Positions 10,437 to 20,158 of a DNA stretch of 30,356 nucleotides are shown piece after piece. The DNA comes from Candidatus Bathyarchaeota archaeon (lineage in GTDB: Archaea > Thermoproteota > Bathyarchaeia > Bathyarchaeales > Bathycorpusculaceae), in NCBI GenBank assembly GCA_963775895.1, contig CAVZKL010000021.1, positions 1-30,356 of the forward strand, in the 5' to 3' direction. The stretch's first letter is position 1; the number at the start of each line of letters is the position of its first letter. Made by a program: the position numbers and the translations under genes. The notes below the pieces were generated by a model. It was not told the origin of the DNA. It made no database searches and was given only the letters and a program-made list of their open reading frames with translations.

Positions 10437-10719
10437 TCAACTACAACCTGGTTTTGCCCTGTAACTTCCCCTAAGAACAACGCGAAATATAAAAAGCTAA
10501 TTGCCGCGCAGTGGCAGCACGCCAAACAAGGGTGCAGCACGAATACGAGAAAGATAACCGAGCACGACTATCGTCTCTCCGGCGCACCACGCCTCAATAT
10601 CTATAGAAAACCGGACCACAAGAAGAACCACCCTAACCAGAGGGCAAATAACTCTTCAGATGAGCGCACAGTAAGAGATTCAGCGCCAAATCTCATGTTC
10701 GGTGTTACAAGTCACGCGT

Positions 10720-10802
10720 GCATATTTGGATCCTAATATTCACGATACATTGAAACCGAGGAGGGGGAGGGTACACAATAAGCTTTTTTTCAGCGAATAA
10801 AC
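10720..10802 (+). repeat. Conserved non-coding element, copy 1 (inverted partner at 30230-30311)
   Basis: GCATATTTGGATCCTAATATTCACGATACATTGAAACCGAGGAGGGGGAGGGTACACAATAAGCTTTTTTTCAGCGAATAAAC; differs from the reverse complement of 30230-30311 by 2 substitutions and 1 indel. Confidence 0.97.
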
Positions 10803-10918
10803 ACCTCATAACCGCTCACCCATCCAATGTTTCATAAGCTTGAAGACCGAACAACATCTTAATATCAACAAACTTCCACAAGTGATAACACCAAAAACGC
10901 ACTCAAGCGGATGAAAAA

Positions 10919-11818
10919 ATGGGATACCATGAACTCTTCGTTTCACCATCAAACATCTTCAGCGGACTCCAAACACCATACGCGAAAGCAGACTACATAA
11001 TCCTCGGAGTCCCCTTCGACGTCACGAGCACCTACCGAACGGGCGCAAGATTTGGACCCACAGCCATCCGACAAGCATCACTCAACATCGAAACCTACAG
11101 TTTCAGAACCGGAATCGACCTAGAAGACCTACGGCTCCACGACCTCGGCGACCTCCACGTCTCAACAGACACCACAAAAACCCTAGAAATGCTTCAAAAA
11201 GTAACAGAAGACATCACAAAAACCCACAAGACACCCGTAACCATCGGAGGAGAACACACCATAACCTACGGCATAACCAAAGGCCTAGGAAAAAAATCAC
11301 AACAAACCGCCATCGTCAGCTTCGACGCACACCTCGACCTAAGAAACGAATACTCAGGACTCAAAATGTCCCACACAACCTTCATGCGAAGAACCAACGA
11401 AGACGTGAAACCAGCCAAAATCATCGAAATAGGAACACGCGCAGTTTGCAAAGAAGAACTCGAATACGCAAAGCAAGCCGGCGTAGAGTTCTTCACAACA
11501 CACGACATCAGAAAAGAAGGCAGCCAAACCATAGCAAACAAGCTAAAACAAAAGCTCGCAAACTACCAGAACATCTACTTAACAGTCGACATGGACATCC
11601 TCGACCCAGCGTTCACACCAGCCGTTCAAAACCCCGAAGGAGACGGCCTAGAAATGCACCATCTCCTAGACATCCTGAGCACCGTCTGCGACAAACGCGT
11701 CATCGGGTTCGACGTTCTAGAAATCGCTCCCCAATACGACCAAGGAATCTCCGCAGTTCAAACCGCAAAAGTAATCTTCGAAATGCTCTGCAGCATCGAA
11801 AAATCAAGAAGAACCTAA
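10919..11818 (+). CDS. speB: Agmatinase (ureohydrolase family)
   Basis: GVPFD.TSTYR.GARFGP.AIR, GGEHT, FDAHLD, SHTT, DMDILDP. Confidence 0.93.
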   Translation: MGYHELFVSPSNIFSGLQTPYAKADYIILGVPFDVTSTYRTGARFGPTAIRQASLNIETYSFRTGIDLEDLRLHDLGDLHVSTDTTKTLEMLQKVTEDITKTHKTPVTIGGEHTITYGITKGLGKKSQQTAIVSFDAHLDLRNEYSGLKMSHTTFMRRTNEDVKPAKIIEIGTRAVCKEELEYAKQAGVEFFTTHDIRKEGSQTIANKLKQKLANYQNIYLTVDMDILDPAFTPAVQNPEGDGLEMHHLLDILSTVCDKRVIGFDVLEIAPQYDQGISAVQTAKVIFEMLCSIEKSRRT

Positions 11819-11907
11819 CAACAAAAGAACCCAGTTAACTCTTTAAGAACTAGGACAAGAGATTTTAGGAAAACCCAAACATAAAAGCACCCAGGTCCAG
11901 AACGGAG

Positions 11908-14600
11908 ATGGCGCAGAGACACTTAGAAGAGTTTTCAGCATTGAAACACAGCCCCCTAATGGAAAGGAAAGGGGAACCCACGGCCCTCATGACCACCCAC
12001 GGTACAACAGAGAAGAAAGAAAACAAACACTGCTTCCCCCCCGTTGCTCCAGAAAACCTACCATGTTCATACTTCGTGTCGGCCACTTACGACGGAAAAA
12101 CCCGCAAAGCCCTCATCAAACTCTACGAACCAATTTCCAGCCAGATCTATTTCTGGTACGACAACACCCAACACCAACCATACTGCCTGACAAACCTTTC
12201 CCCATACGAACTTGAAAAAATCAGCCGCGTCACTCATCACGAAGGCTTCGACCGTTTGGAAAACGTCGAAAAATTCGATCCATTGTCGAACAAAAAAGTA
12301 AACATCACAAAAATAATCACCAAGGACCCGCTAGCCATCGGCGGACGTCCATTCTGGATGCATCAGAGACATAATACCCGAAGACTTCCCAAAAGTCTCA
12401 GAAGTACCCGTGAACCCTGACGACATCAAAGTCTGGGAATCAACCATAAAATACTATCAATCCTACATCTACGATCAAGGACTACTTCCCGGAATGATCT
12501 ACGAAGTCAAGGAACTCCAAACTTGTGATCAAGAAACTCGAAGACGTTGAAAGAACGGTAAGCCAAATACGAGACACGTTCAAGGATGCAACACCCGAAG
12601 AGTTAGATTTCATCGAAGAATGGGCAAGACTACTCGAATATCCAGCCCCCAAATTCCGACGCGTCGCCCTCGACATCGAAGTTCTCGCACCAATTCCCAC
12701 CAGAGTGCCAGACCCGAGACAAGCAGCCTACCCCGTTATCTGCGTTTCACTCTGGAGCTCAGACAAACCCAAGAGAGTTCTTCTGCTGAAACGCAAAGGA
12801 ATCCGTGAAGGATCAGAACACTTACCCGCAGACGTGAAGCTCGAAGAATTCGACACGGAAGACGAGCTGATCAAAGCCGTTCTGGAAGAACTTTGGAATT
12901 ACCCCTTCGTGTTAACGTTCAACGGAGACGACTTCGACCTGAGGTACCTGTTCCATCGCTCGATGAACCTCGGAATCAGGACAAACGAGATCCCAATAGA
13001 AGTAGGCAAACGATCCTGCACGCTAAACTACGGAGTTCACATAGACCTCTACAAATTCTTCTTCAACCGTTCAATTCAGATCTACGCCTTCAACAACCGC
13101 TACAAAGACGTCACTCTGAACGACGTTGGCAAAGCCCTGATAGGACTAGAAAAAATCCCGTTAGCCAAGACCCTAGGCGATCTCACCTACAGTGAACTGG
13201 CGAAATACTGCCTCAGAGACTCTGAAATCACCTACAAACTGACGAGTTTCGAAGACGAACTCGTGATGAAGCTGATCCTAGTTCTGACGAGAATAAGCAC
13301 CATGCCCATGGAAGACGTCACAAGACAAGGAGTTTCGCGCTGGATACGCAACTTCCTGCAGCGCGAACATCGCAAAAGGAACATGCTTATCCCAAGCCCT
13401 AAGGAAATCTTGGCAACAAAAGGCAAAACAGCAACCAAAGCAATAATCAAGGGCAAAAAATACAAAGGCGCAATCGTCGTCGAACCCGTCCCAGGCGTAC
13501 ACTTCAACGTTGCCGTAATGGATTTTCCAAGCCTATACCCGTCGATAATAAAAGTGTGGAACCTCGGATATCAATCCATCCTCTGTTCACATCCAGAATG
13601 CCGGAACAACGTAATTCCAGACACGCCACACTGGGTTTGCACCAAGAAACGAGCCCTAGAAAGCCTATTGATAGGTTCCTTGAGAGATCTGCGCGTCCAA
13701 TGGTACAAGCCCAGATCCAAAGATAAATCGTTGAATACCGACCTGAGAAGCTGGTACAACATCACTCAGGGCGCTCTCAAAGTCATTCTGAACGCAAGCT
13801 ACGGAGTGTTCGGGGCTGAAACATTCGATCTGTACTGTCCCCCAGTGGCCGAGGCAACGGCGGCGATCGGCAGACACTCCATAACTCAGATACTTAACAA
13901 GGCAACACAGCTGAGCATTCAAGTGCTCTACGGCGACACGGACAGCATTTTCCTAAAGAACCCATCGAAACAGCAAATCGAGGAACTGGCGCACTGGACA
14001 GAACAGAAACTCAAGATGAGTTTGGACGTTGACAAGGTGTACAGATACGCCGTCTTCAGTTCGCGCAAGAAAAACTACCTCGGAGTCTTGGAAGATGGAA
14101 CGGTCGACGTTAAAGGACTAACGGGAAAGAAGAAGCACATACCGACGTTCATCAAGAAAGCCTTCGACAAGATGAAAGACCGACTCGCAAAAGTGAAAAC
14201 ACCCGCAGAGTTTGAGAAAGCTAAGGAAGACATCGTCGAAATCGTTCGTGATTGTTACATGAGATTGAAAAGGCGAGAATGGGAAAATATGAACGAGCTT
14301 GCGTTCAACGTTGTTCTGGGCGAGGAAATCGAGCACTACACGAAAACCACGCCGCAACACGTCAAAGCCGCGAAGATACTGCAAGAAAAAGGCGCGGAGT
14401 TGAGGGCGGGTGACCTGATAAGCTTCGTAAAGACATCGAAGCCTCCAAACGTCAAACCAGTTGAACTGGTAACAAAAAGTGAAGTCGACGTCGACAAGTA
14501 CATCGCCTATCTGCGCTCAACATTTGATCAAGTTCTGGACGCCCTAGGACTGGAATTTGACGAGATCATAGGCCTGACGAAACTAGAAAGATTCATGTGA
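11908..14600 (+). CDS. polB1: Family-B DNA polymerase, PolB1 type (two apparent frameshifts near 12352 and 12511)
   Basis: N-terminal YDGK..KALIKLY..YFWYD; bridging frame GCIRDIIP..VWESTIKYYQSYIYD.GLLPGM; ExoI DIE, FNGDDFD, YCLRD, DFPSLYPSII, KVILNASYG, YGDTDS, KKNY. Confidence 0.93.
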
Positions 14601-14607
14601 ACAACGC

Positions 14608-15165
14608 TCAACGCTCCGCAGCGACCCTCAGTCCGTGAGACTTCAAAGGTTCAATAATTCCTTTTCTACTAATGATTGAGAGCAGCGTGTAACCGAGTCC
14701 TGCGATCACGATGAGACTACTTATCGTTATGCTAACGATCATCGCTCCCCACGCAGGCAAAACATTTAGAACCTGGGGAGACAGTATTCCCGGAAGCACC
14801 CATAGATAACCCCCGACAATCACGCCTATGGGAAAAGCTCCCATTATACACGCAAAGAAGCGATGTCTTCTCAGTAGAAAAATGACGCTCGCCGCAATCA
14901 GATTCGCGATCGGCCCAAAAATAACGTCTTGCGGCGCCAAGAAATAATAAGCGTTCGTGAGGAAGCAACCGACAGTCACGCCACCCACTACCGGAATTCC
15001 AAGGAGCGCGGCCAAAGGAATAAGACAGTCTGCGAGACGCAGTTGGATTGGCCCGTAAATCGTTGGATTACCAATCGAAACCATTTGAATAATGTTCACT
15101 ATCACGTACAAAGCAGCAAAGACACTTGCTAAGACCAGATCTCTACTATCAAATCTCGTTTTCAA
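14608..15165 (-). CDS. queT: QueT-family transporter (queuosine/archaeosine precursor S-component)
   Basis: Hydrophobic; FAALYV, YGPIQLRLAD, GVTVGCFLTN, DVIFG: QueT pattern. Confidence 0.85.
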   Translation of the reverse strand: MKTRFDSRDLVLASVFAALYVIVNIIQMVSIGNPTIYGPIQLRLADCLIPLAALLGIPVVGGVTVGCFLTNAYYFLAPQDVIFGPIANLIAASVIFLLRRHRFFACIMGAFPIGVIVGGYLWVLPGILSPQVLNVLPAWGAMIVSITISSLIVIAGLGYTLLSIISRKGIIEPLKSHGLRVAAER

Positions 15166-15228
15166 TGCCTCCGCAACCCGGGATTTCTAGGGCGGATCGG
15201 GCGGAGGCCCCGCTCACCCGCCAAACAT
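15166..15228 (-). promoter_or_regulatory. Structured GC-rich 5' leader of queT (candidate riboswitch)
   Basis: TTTAATTA TATA-like box at 15256-15249, then a ~60-nt leader with competing stems GGCGG/CCGCC and GCCUCCGC/GCGGAGGC; the second covers GGAGG next to the start codon. Confidence 0.55.
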
Positions 15229-15281
15229 TTAGATCTGAATAGTCTGGCTAATTAAATGTTCCTGAAGAAGCATGCGCTCAG

Positions 15282-16186
15282 TCAACGCTTCACTTCAATA
15301 CTGATATGCTGGAAAACAAAAGCCAAAATCGTCGTCAAGGCAACCAGAAGCGAAGTCACCAAGACCGCCTGTCGCTCGGTTAATGGGTTTCGGTACGTGA
15401 TGAGCGTCAACAGACTCCTCCTGTGGTCCGAAGAAAGTTTATTCCCGTCGAAAGAAAGGGTTGCCTTCCTGCGATAAAAAAAGAAAGTGAGCAAAATCAA
15501 AGCCGAATTGAAAATGTAGGGCAGAAGAGAGATCGCCAAGATGAACTTCAAATCGGATATTATGGCAAACGAAGCCAACGTCGTTCCAATGGCAAACGAT
15601 CCTGTGTTGCCCACAAATATTCGCCCACGAAGATTCAGGGCAGCAAGCACGAGCCAAGTTATCAGAGGCGCGTAAAGCAGGTTGGCGTTTGAAACCGACA
15701 TTGCCATTAGCCCTATCAAGACTATTGCTGGACAAATTGTTTCCAACCCGTTTAGGCCGCCAAGCTGGTTAACAGTGTTGGTAAAAATCGTCACCAACAC
15801 AGGGATCATTATAAAGTAGTAATAGACGCCGAAATCAATCCTCGCCCATTAATGGAATAGTCATGTAAGTTCGCAGTCTCAATCCGTAGGCGAAGGAGCT
15901 GAGCGGAATTGCTGCAATCAAAGGTAGAAAGGCCTTGTAACGCCATTTCAAGTCAACCCAGTCATCGAGCATTCCCATAAAACCGCCGAACAGGATACAC
16001 ACGGCCAATATCAGAGGTGCTGAAGACGCCAGACTCAGAGGCAAAGATGTGCTGTCTGGTTCCTATGACGTTGAAAAAATAGAGAAGGAAGAGATACACG
16101 ACGCTGATCATGACGTAGAACACGCCTAACCCGTTAGAAATGAGAGGCTTGTTTGGCTTGTGCTGGTCGGGGACTTTGGGAAACAA
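15282..16186 (-). CDS. Glycosyltransferase family 4 (MraY/GPT/AglH-like polyprenyl-P HexNAc-1-P transferase), two apparent frameshifts
   Basis: Three ORF pieces join: PDQHKPNKP..G.G, GMLDDWVDL, NTVNQLGGLNGLE, IFVGNTGS; lies directly downstream of aglB. Confidence 0.85.
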
Positions 16187-16198
16187 TGCCCCGTCTCC

Positions 16199-18477
16199 TT
16201 AAGTGCTTGGGTAATCTTGGTTGTATTGGTCCCAGTTGATCTTGTAGAGGCATACTAAAGGCACGAGTCCACCATAATAGTTCTGTGAATCCGTCGATGA
16301 CAGGGTCTCGCCTGAGAAGAACTCTTCCTGGAAGTATGTGGGCTGTGTAACGTTTCCTGCGTCAGGATCCGTTACACCGTTGACTGTGCACCAACGGTCT
16401 TTGCCCCAACTCATCAACTTGTAAACCGTCGAGTTGAGACCAACGTCATTCCAGATCCCATTGGTTGTTGGTGAAGTTCCCGAAGGTTGTCTCGTTCTGC
16501 CAAGAAGAAGCTGGGTCGATGAGACTCTGATTGATGAATCTCTGTTGCGCGTTGCCCGAGATCTTTGCCATCCAAGTCCATTTTCCATTGTCACCGCCCG
16601 CCCAATCAACCCAGCTACCCTGATAGCTGAAAGTGTCAAAGACAAGTACGTATTTCGTGTATTTTGGATCGTACTGTTTGAGCATCTTGAGCGAATTACT
16701 CTCGTTTGCCATGAAAGCAAAACCAGTGTTCTCTATGGCCGTGTTGTTTATGGTCGTGTTGTCTGATAGCGTTGTTACGTTGCCTTCTACCGTTATCCAC
16801 AACCCGTAGTCCCACCAAGCAACAACGACAGTGCTCTGGTCATGCAGATTGGACAGGTAAGTCAACATGTCCAGCCACTCATTCACAGGCTTGCCGGGAA
16901 CTGCTGCAAGACTGCCTGAAGAGATTGTAATTGGCGCGTAAGCTGAACTGATGGCCTCAGGAACCCCACCGTACTGCGGCGAAAACGCCAAGTTGGTCAT
17001 CAAAACAATGAATATCAAGAAAACCGCCGCTCCGCTGAACTCTTTCCCTACGTGTTCCAGTCCGAACTTCTTCTTTACGGTCACTTTAGGCGGTTCTCTA
17101 ATGAGGGACACAAATGGCTTGAGCAGACCCACTATCCCGACACCTGCCAACAGAGCAAACGCTGGAGCCAGCAGATACAGGAGGCGCACCATCGAAGCAG
17201 CAAAATAGGCCGCTGTCAAACCAAAAAGCAACACGAAAAGATTCTTGGTCGTTGGGTTCCTTGCAACGAAGAACAGGCCAACTGCAAAAAAGAGTATGCC
17301 AATTCCGAGGTCGTAATATATTGAACCCCAAGAAGATATTCTGTGTTCCGCCACAGACTCCACGAGCGGGTTAGCACTTGCAAGGAACGGGTTCAGGACT
17401 CTAATAAACTTGCCAGCTATGCTGTTCGTTCGCCCCCGCTGCGAAAATAACAGTGAAGCTACCTACCAAACCGACCAAGATTCCAACAGCCAAGGCAAAC
17501 TTGGCTCTTGCCGAAGCTAAATTACGCAAAACTTCATTCAGACAAAGCAGAAGGAACACGCCTAGAACAGGTAACACTGCGTAGCTTGTAACGTACCGCG
17601 GCGCCAGAAATGGTGCTTGTATCGCCACTAGCAGACCAAGTCCAAACGTCAGGCTGTAGGCGAAGAGTACGCGTCGCGTATACCTTCGTAGCACGAGCAA
17701 AACGAAAACGAAGAGTACGGTCAGATCGAGCAGGTAGTAAGCTGCTCCCCATCCCATCACGGAATAGGCCAAGCAGGCTGCACAGGCCAGCGAGTATTTT
17801 ACTGATGAGCCGATAGATCTTTCTTCGTCAATTGCCCTCGGGAACATCAAAAAGAACAACAAGAAAGAGAACGTGGTCATTTCGGTCTCGAACCAGCCCA
17901 GATTGGTTCTTGATATGAATGACGGTTCTAATGCTAGAAAAATGGCGGCAAGAAAGCCAACGGGTTTCCCTCCGATTTCCTTTCCAATGAAATAGATGAT
18001 CAGCACGCACAACGTTCCTGTTATCACAGGGAGAAATGAACAGAAGGTCATGAAGTCAACGTTAACGCCAAAGAGAGAGAATAGGTCATAAAGAGATGCC
18101 GCGGTAAGCGGGATAGAAGGTAACGTTTCGGTAGCCATGTTGATTCCAGTTGGGAACCAAAAGTGTGTATCAATCCACTGTGTTGGCCAGTAAGGTGATA
18201 ACAGACCATTCTTAACCATGTAGCTGGCAACACTGAATTCAAAGTACGAGTCGAATTCAGACATCTGTAGCTGTCCTGTCCCTAATTGCTCCCAACGAAG
18301 CGGAAGAATTCGGACAGTGAAAGCGACGAAAAGTATGAGAGCTAATGTTGCGAAGGTCAGTATCGCGCTATGGTTGGTTTTGATTCGGAGTTTGCCCAAG
18401 CTTTTCAGACCGTTGGAAAAACGTTCTCTCGAAAAGACGTTGCTGGGCTTCACTTTGGCTTCATCTCTTTTTAACAC
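16199..18477 (-). CDS. aglB: Oligosaccharyltransferase catalytic subunit STT3/AglB, two apparent frameshifts
   Basis: SEFDSY, multiple TM helices, SVAEH, SMVRL, WWDYG, DNTT motifs across ORFs 17401-18477, 16446-17363 and 16199-16720. Confidence 0.93.
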
Positions 18478-18588
18478 ATTTCTTTTAGGTGTTTTATTTT
18501 CCTTGCGGTAGTCGTAAAGTTAAGATTGTTGACATGAGAGGCGCGGTTCATATATACCTTTCCAAAGTTCAGAATTGAGAAGATCAAA

Positions 18589-19750
18589 TCAGGTGACCGC
18601 GGGTTTGCGCTTGTACCCAAACCTTTCTGGATCATATAGCGGAAATGTTGACAGTCTGGCTTTGGCGATTCTTTCACGTATTCTTACGTTCAGAATAGAA
18701 CCTTCTTGAGCTTGAGACACCTCAACATATCCCATGCCTACACCCATTCTAAGAAGCGGTGAAAACGTGCCGCTTGTCAGTCGACCCACTGGCTGTCCAG
18801 CCGCGGAAAAAAGCTCAAATCCAGACCGAGGTATCCCTTGATCTATCATCTTAATTCCGACACGTTTGCGTTTAATCCCAGCATCTTTCTGTTTGAGCAA
18901 TGCTTCTTTTCCGATGAACCGCTCTTTCTGCCACTTGACAACAAAACCTAAGCCCGCCTCCAAAGGCGTTGTGCTTTCATCTATGTCGTTTCCGTAGAGG
19001 CATAGTCCCGCTTCCAGCCTAAGAGTATCTCTCGCCCCAAGACCGCAGGGTTCTATTCCCAAGTTTCTTCCGGCCTCAAGAACCGCGGCCCATAACTTCA
19101 GCGCATTTTCGGGTTTGACTCGTTGAGGCATTCCAGATGAAGACTTCAAAGCCATCCTCGCCCGTGTAACCCGTACGTGAAAGAAAAACATCCACGCCCG
19201 CAAGAGTGCAACGGCCGCACTTGAACCTTCCGATCTTGCTCAAATCTTCATTGGAGATTTGTTGGAGTGTTTTTTCAGCATTGGGGCCTTGAACCGCACA
19301 CATTGCCACAGTGTCCGAAACGTTTTCAATATTCACTTTGAAACCATGCGCGTTTCTTCTGAACCAATCCAAATCTTTTTCGCGGTTGCTCGCGTTAAAA
19401 ACCACCAAAAATCCTTCTTCCAGCCGGTAGACGACAAAGTCGTCGACTATTCCACCCCTTTCAGTGCACATAACCGAATATTGGGCACCAAGCGACGAAA
19501 GGATTGAAACATCGTTTGTTATAACAAAGTTCAAAAACCGTTCGGAATCTTCACCTTTTACCAGCATGCGACCCATGTGGCTTATATCAAATATGCCAAC
19601 ATTGTTGCGCACAGCCAGATGTTCCGGCGCGATATCTTTGTAGTAAAGAGGCATTTCGAAGCCTGAAAACAAGGTCAACTTTGCTGTCTTTGCGTGCACT
19701 CCGTACAACTGTGTTCTGCGAGGCTTCCCGCTCAAAGTCTTTTTCCCCAC
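18589..19750 (-). CDS. gcvT: Glycine cleavage system aminomethyltransferase T, one apparent frameshift near 19120
   Basis: FSGFEMPLYY, EHLAVR, FDISHMG, SRTGYTGEDGFE, GLGARDTLRLEAG..LYG. Confidence 0.93.
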
Positions 19751-19923
19751 GTGACAGCTACTTCAATCGGTTTCACATCTACATCAATCGGTACCAATGA
19801 AAGTTTCTTTCCGCAATTCGGGCATTTTCCGTCGACTTCATGCAGTATCTCATCTGGCGGTCTAAGTTCTGGGCCTTCATAAAGCACATGGCCACAACCT
19901 TGACACGCCACACGCTGAGGCAT
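19732..19923 (-). CDS. Small Zn-ribbon protein
   Basis: 63 aa; CQGCG...CPNCG; AGGAG RBS upstream; overlaps gcvT start. Confidence 0.8.
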   Translation of the reverse strand: MPQRVACQGCGHVLYEGPELRPPDEILHEVDGKCPNCGKKLSLVPIDVDVKPIEVAVTWGKRL

Positions 19924-20158
19924 AATAACATGTTCTCCTTGTTACGACAGGAACTAAATGGTCCTGACATATTTATCGGTTGCTGGGCAAGAGAATGCCA
20001 CAGTCTCCTCAAAAGCCGTAAATTGCCATGATGCGGCTTTCTTGAGCTTAGATTCGGAGATTTGGATTAACGTGCGCGCGCAAAGCAAAATCTTAAACCA
20101 GTACTTGATCCTAGATAAAATAAAACACGGACAACCGCCGAGTCCCCTGTGTCAAGCT

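Noticed and set aside
10717-10744. Xer/dif site call
   Set aside because: Length fits but it lacks the conserved TAA-N6-TTA centre, and two inverted copies are unlike a single dif; kept only as a generic palindrome
10749-10756. ATTGAAAC, the usual 3' end of many archaeal CRISPR repeats
   Set aside because: Occurs once per element with no regularly spaced repeats, spacers or cas genes
11908-14600. Split polymerase, intein or programmed frameshift in polB1
   Set aside because: A bridging frame restores a normal PolB1 with two single-base corrections; no intein or slippery motif, and the same error pattern affects eight other genes
19924-20060. Glycine riboswitch upstream of the Zn-ribbon/gcvT operon
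   Set aside because: No glycine aptamer consensus seen, and the hairpin lies upstream of the likely TATA box for that operon
19958-20158. N-terminal extension of topA in the ORF track
   Set aside because: Toprim homology starts at ATG 20159; the upstream part is promoter-like intergenic DNA
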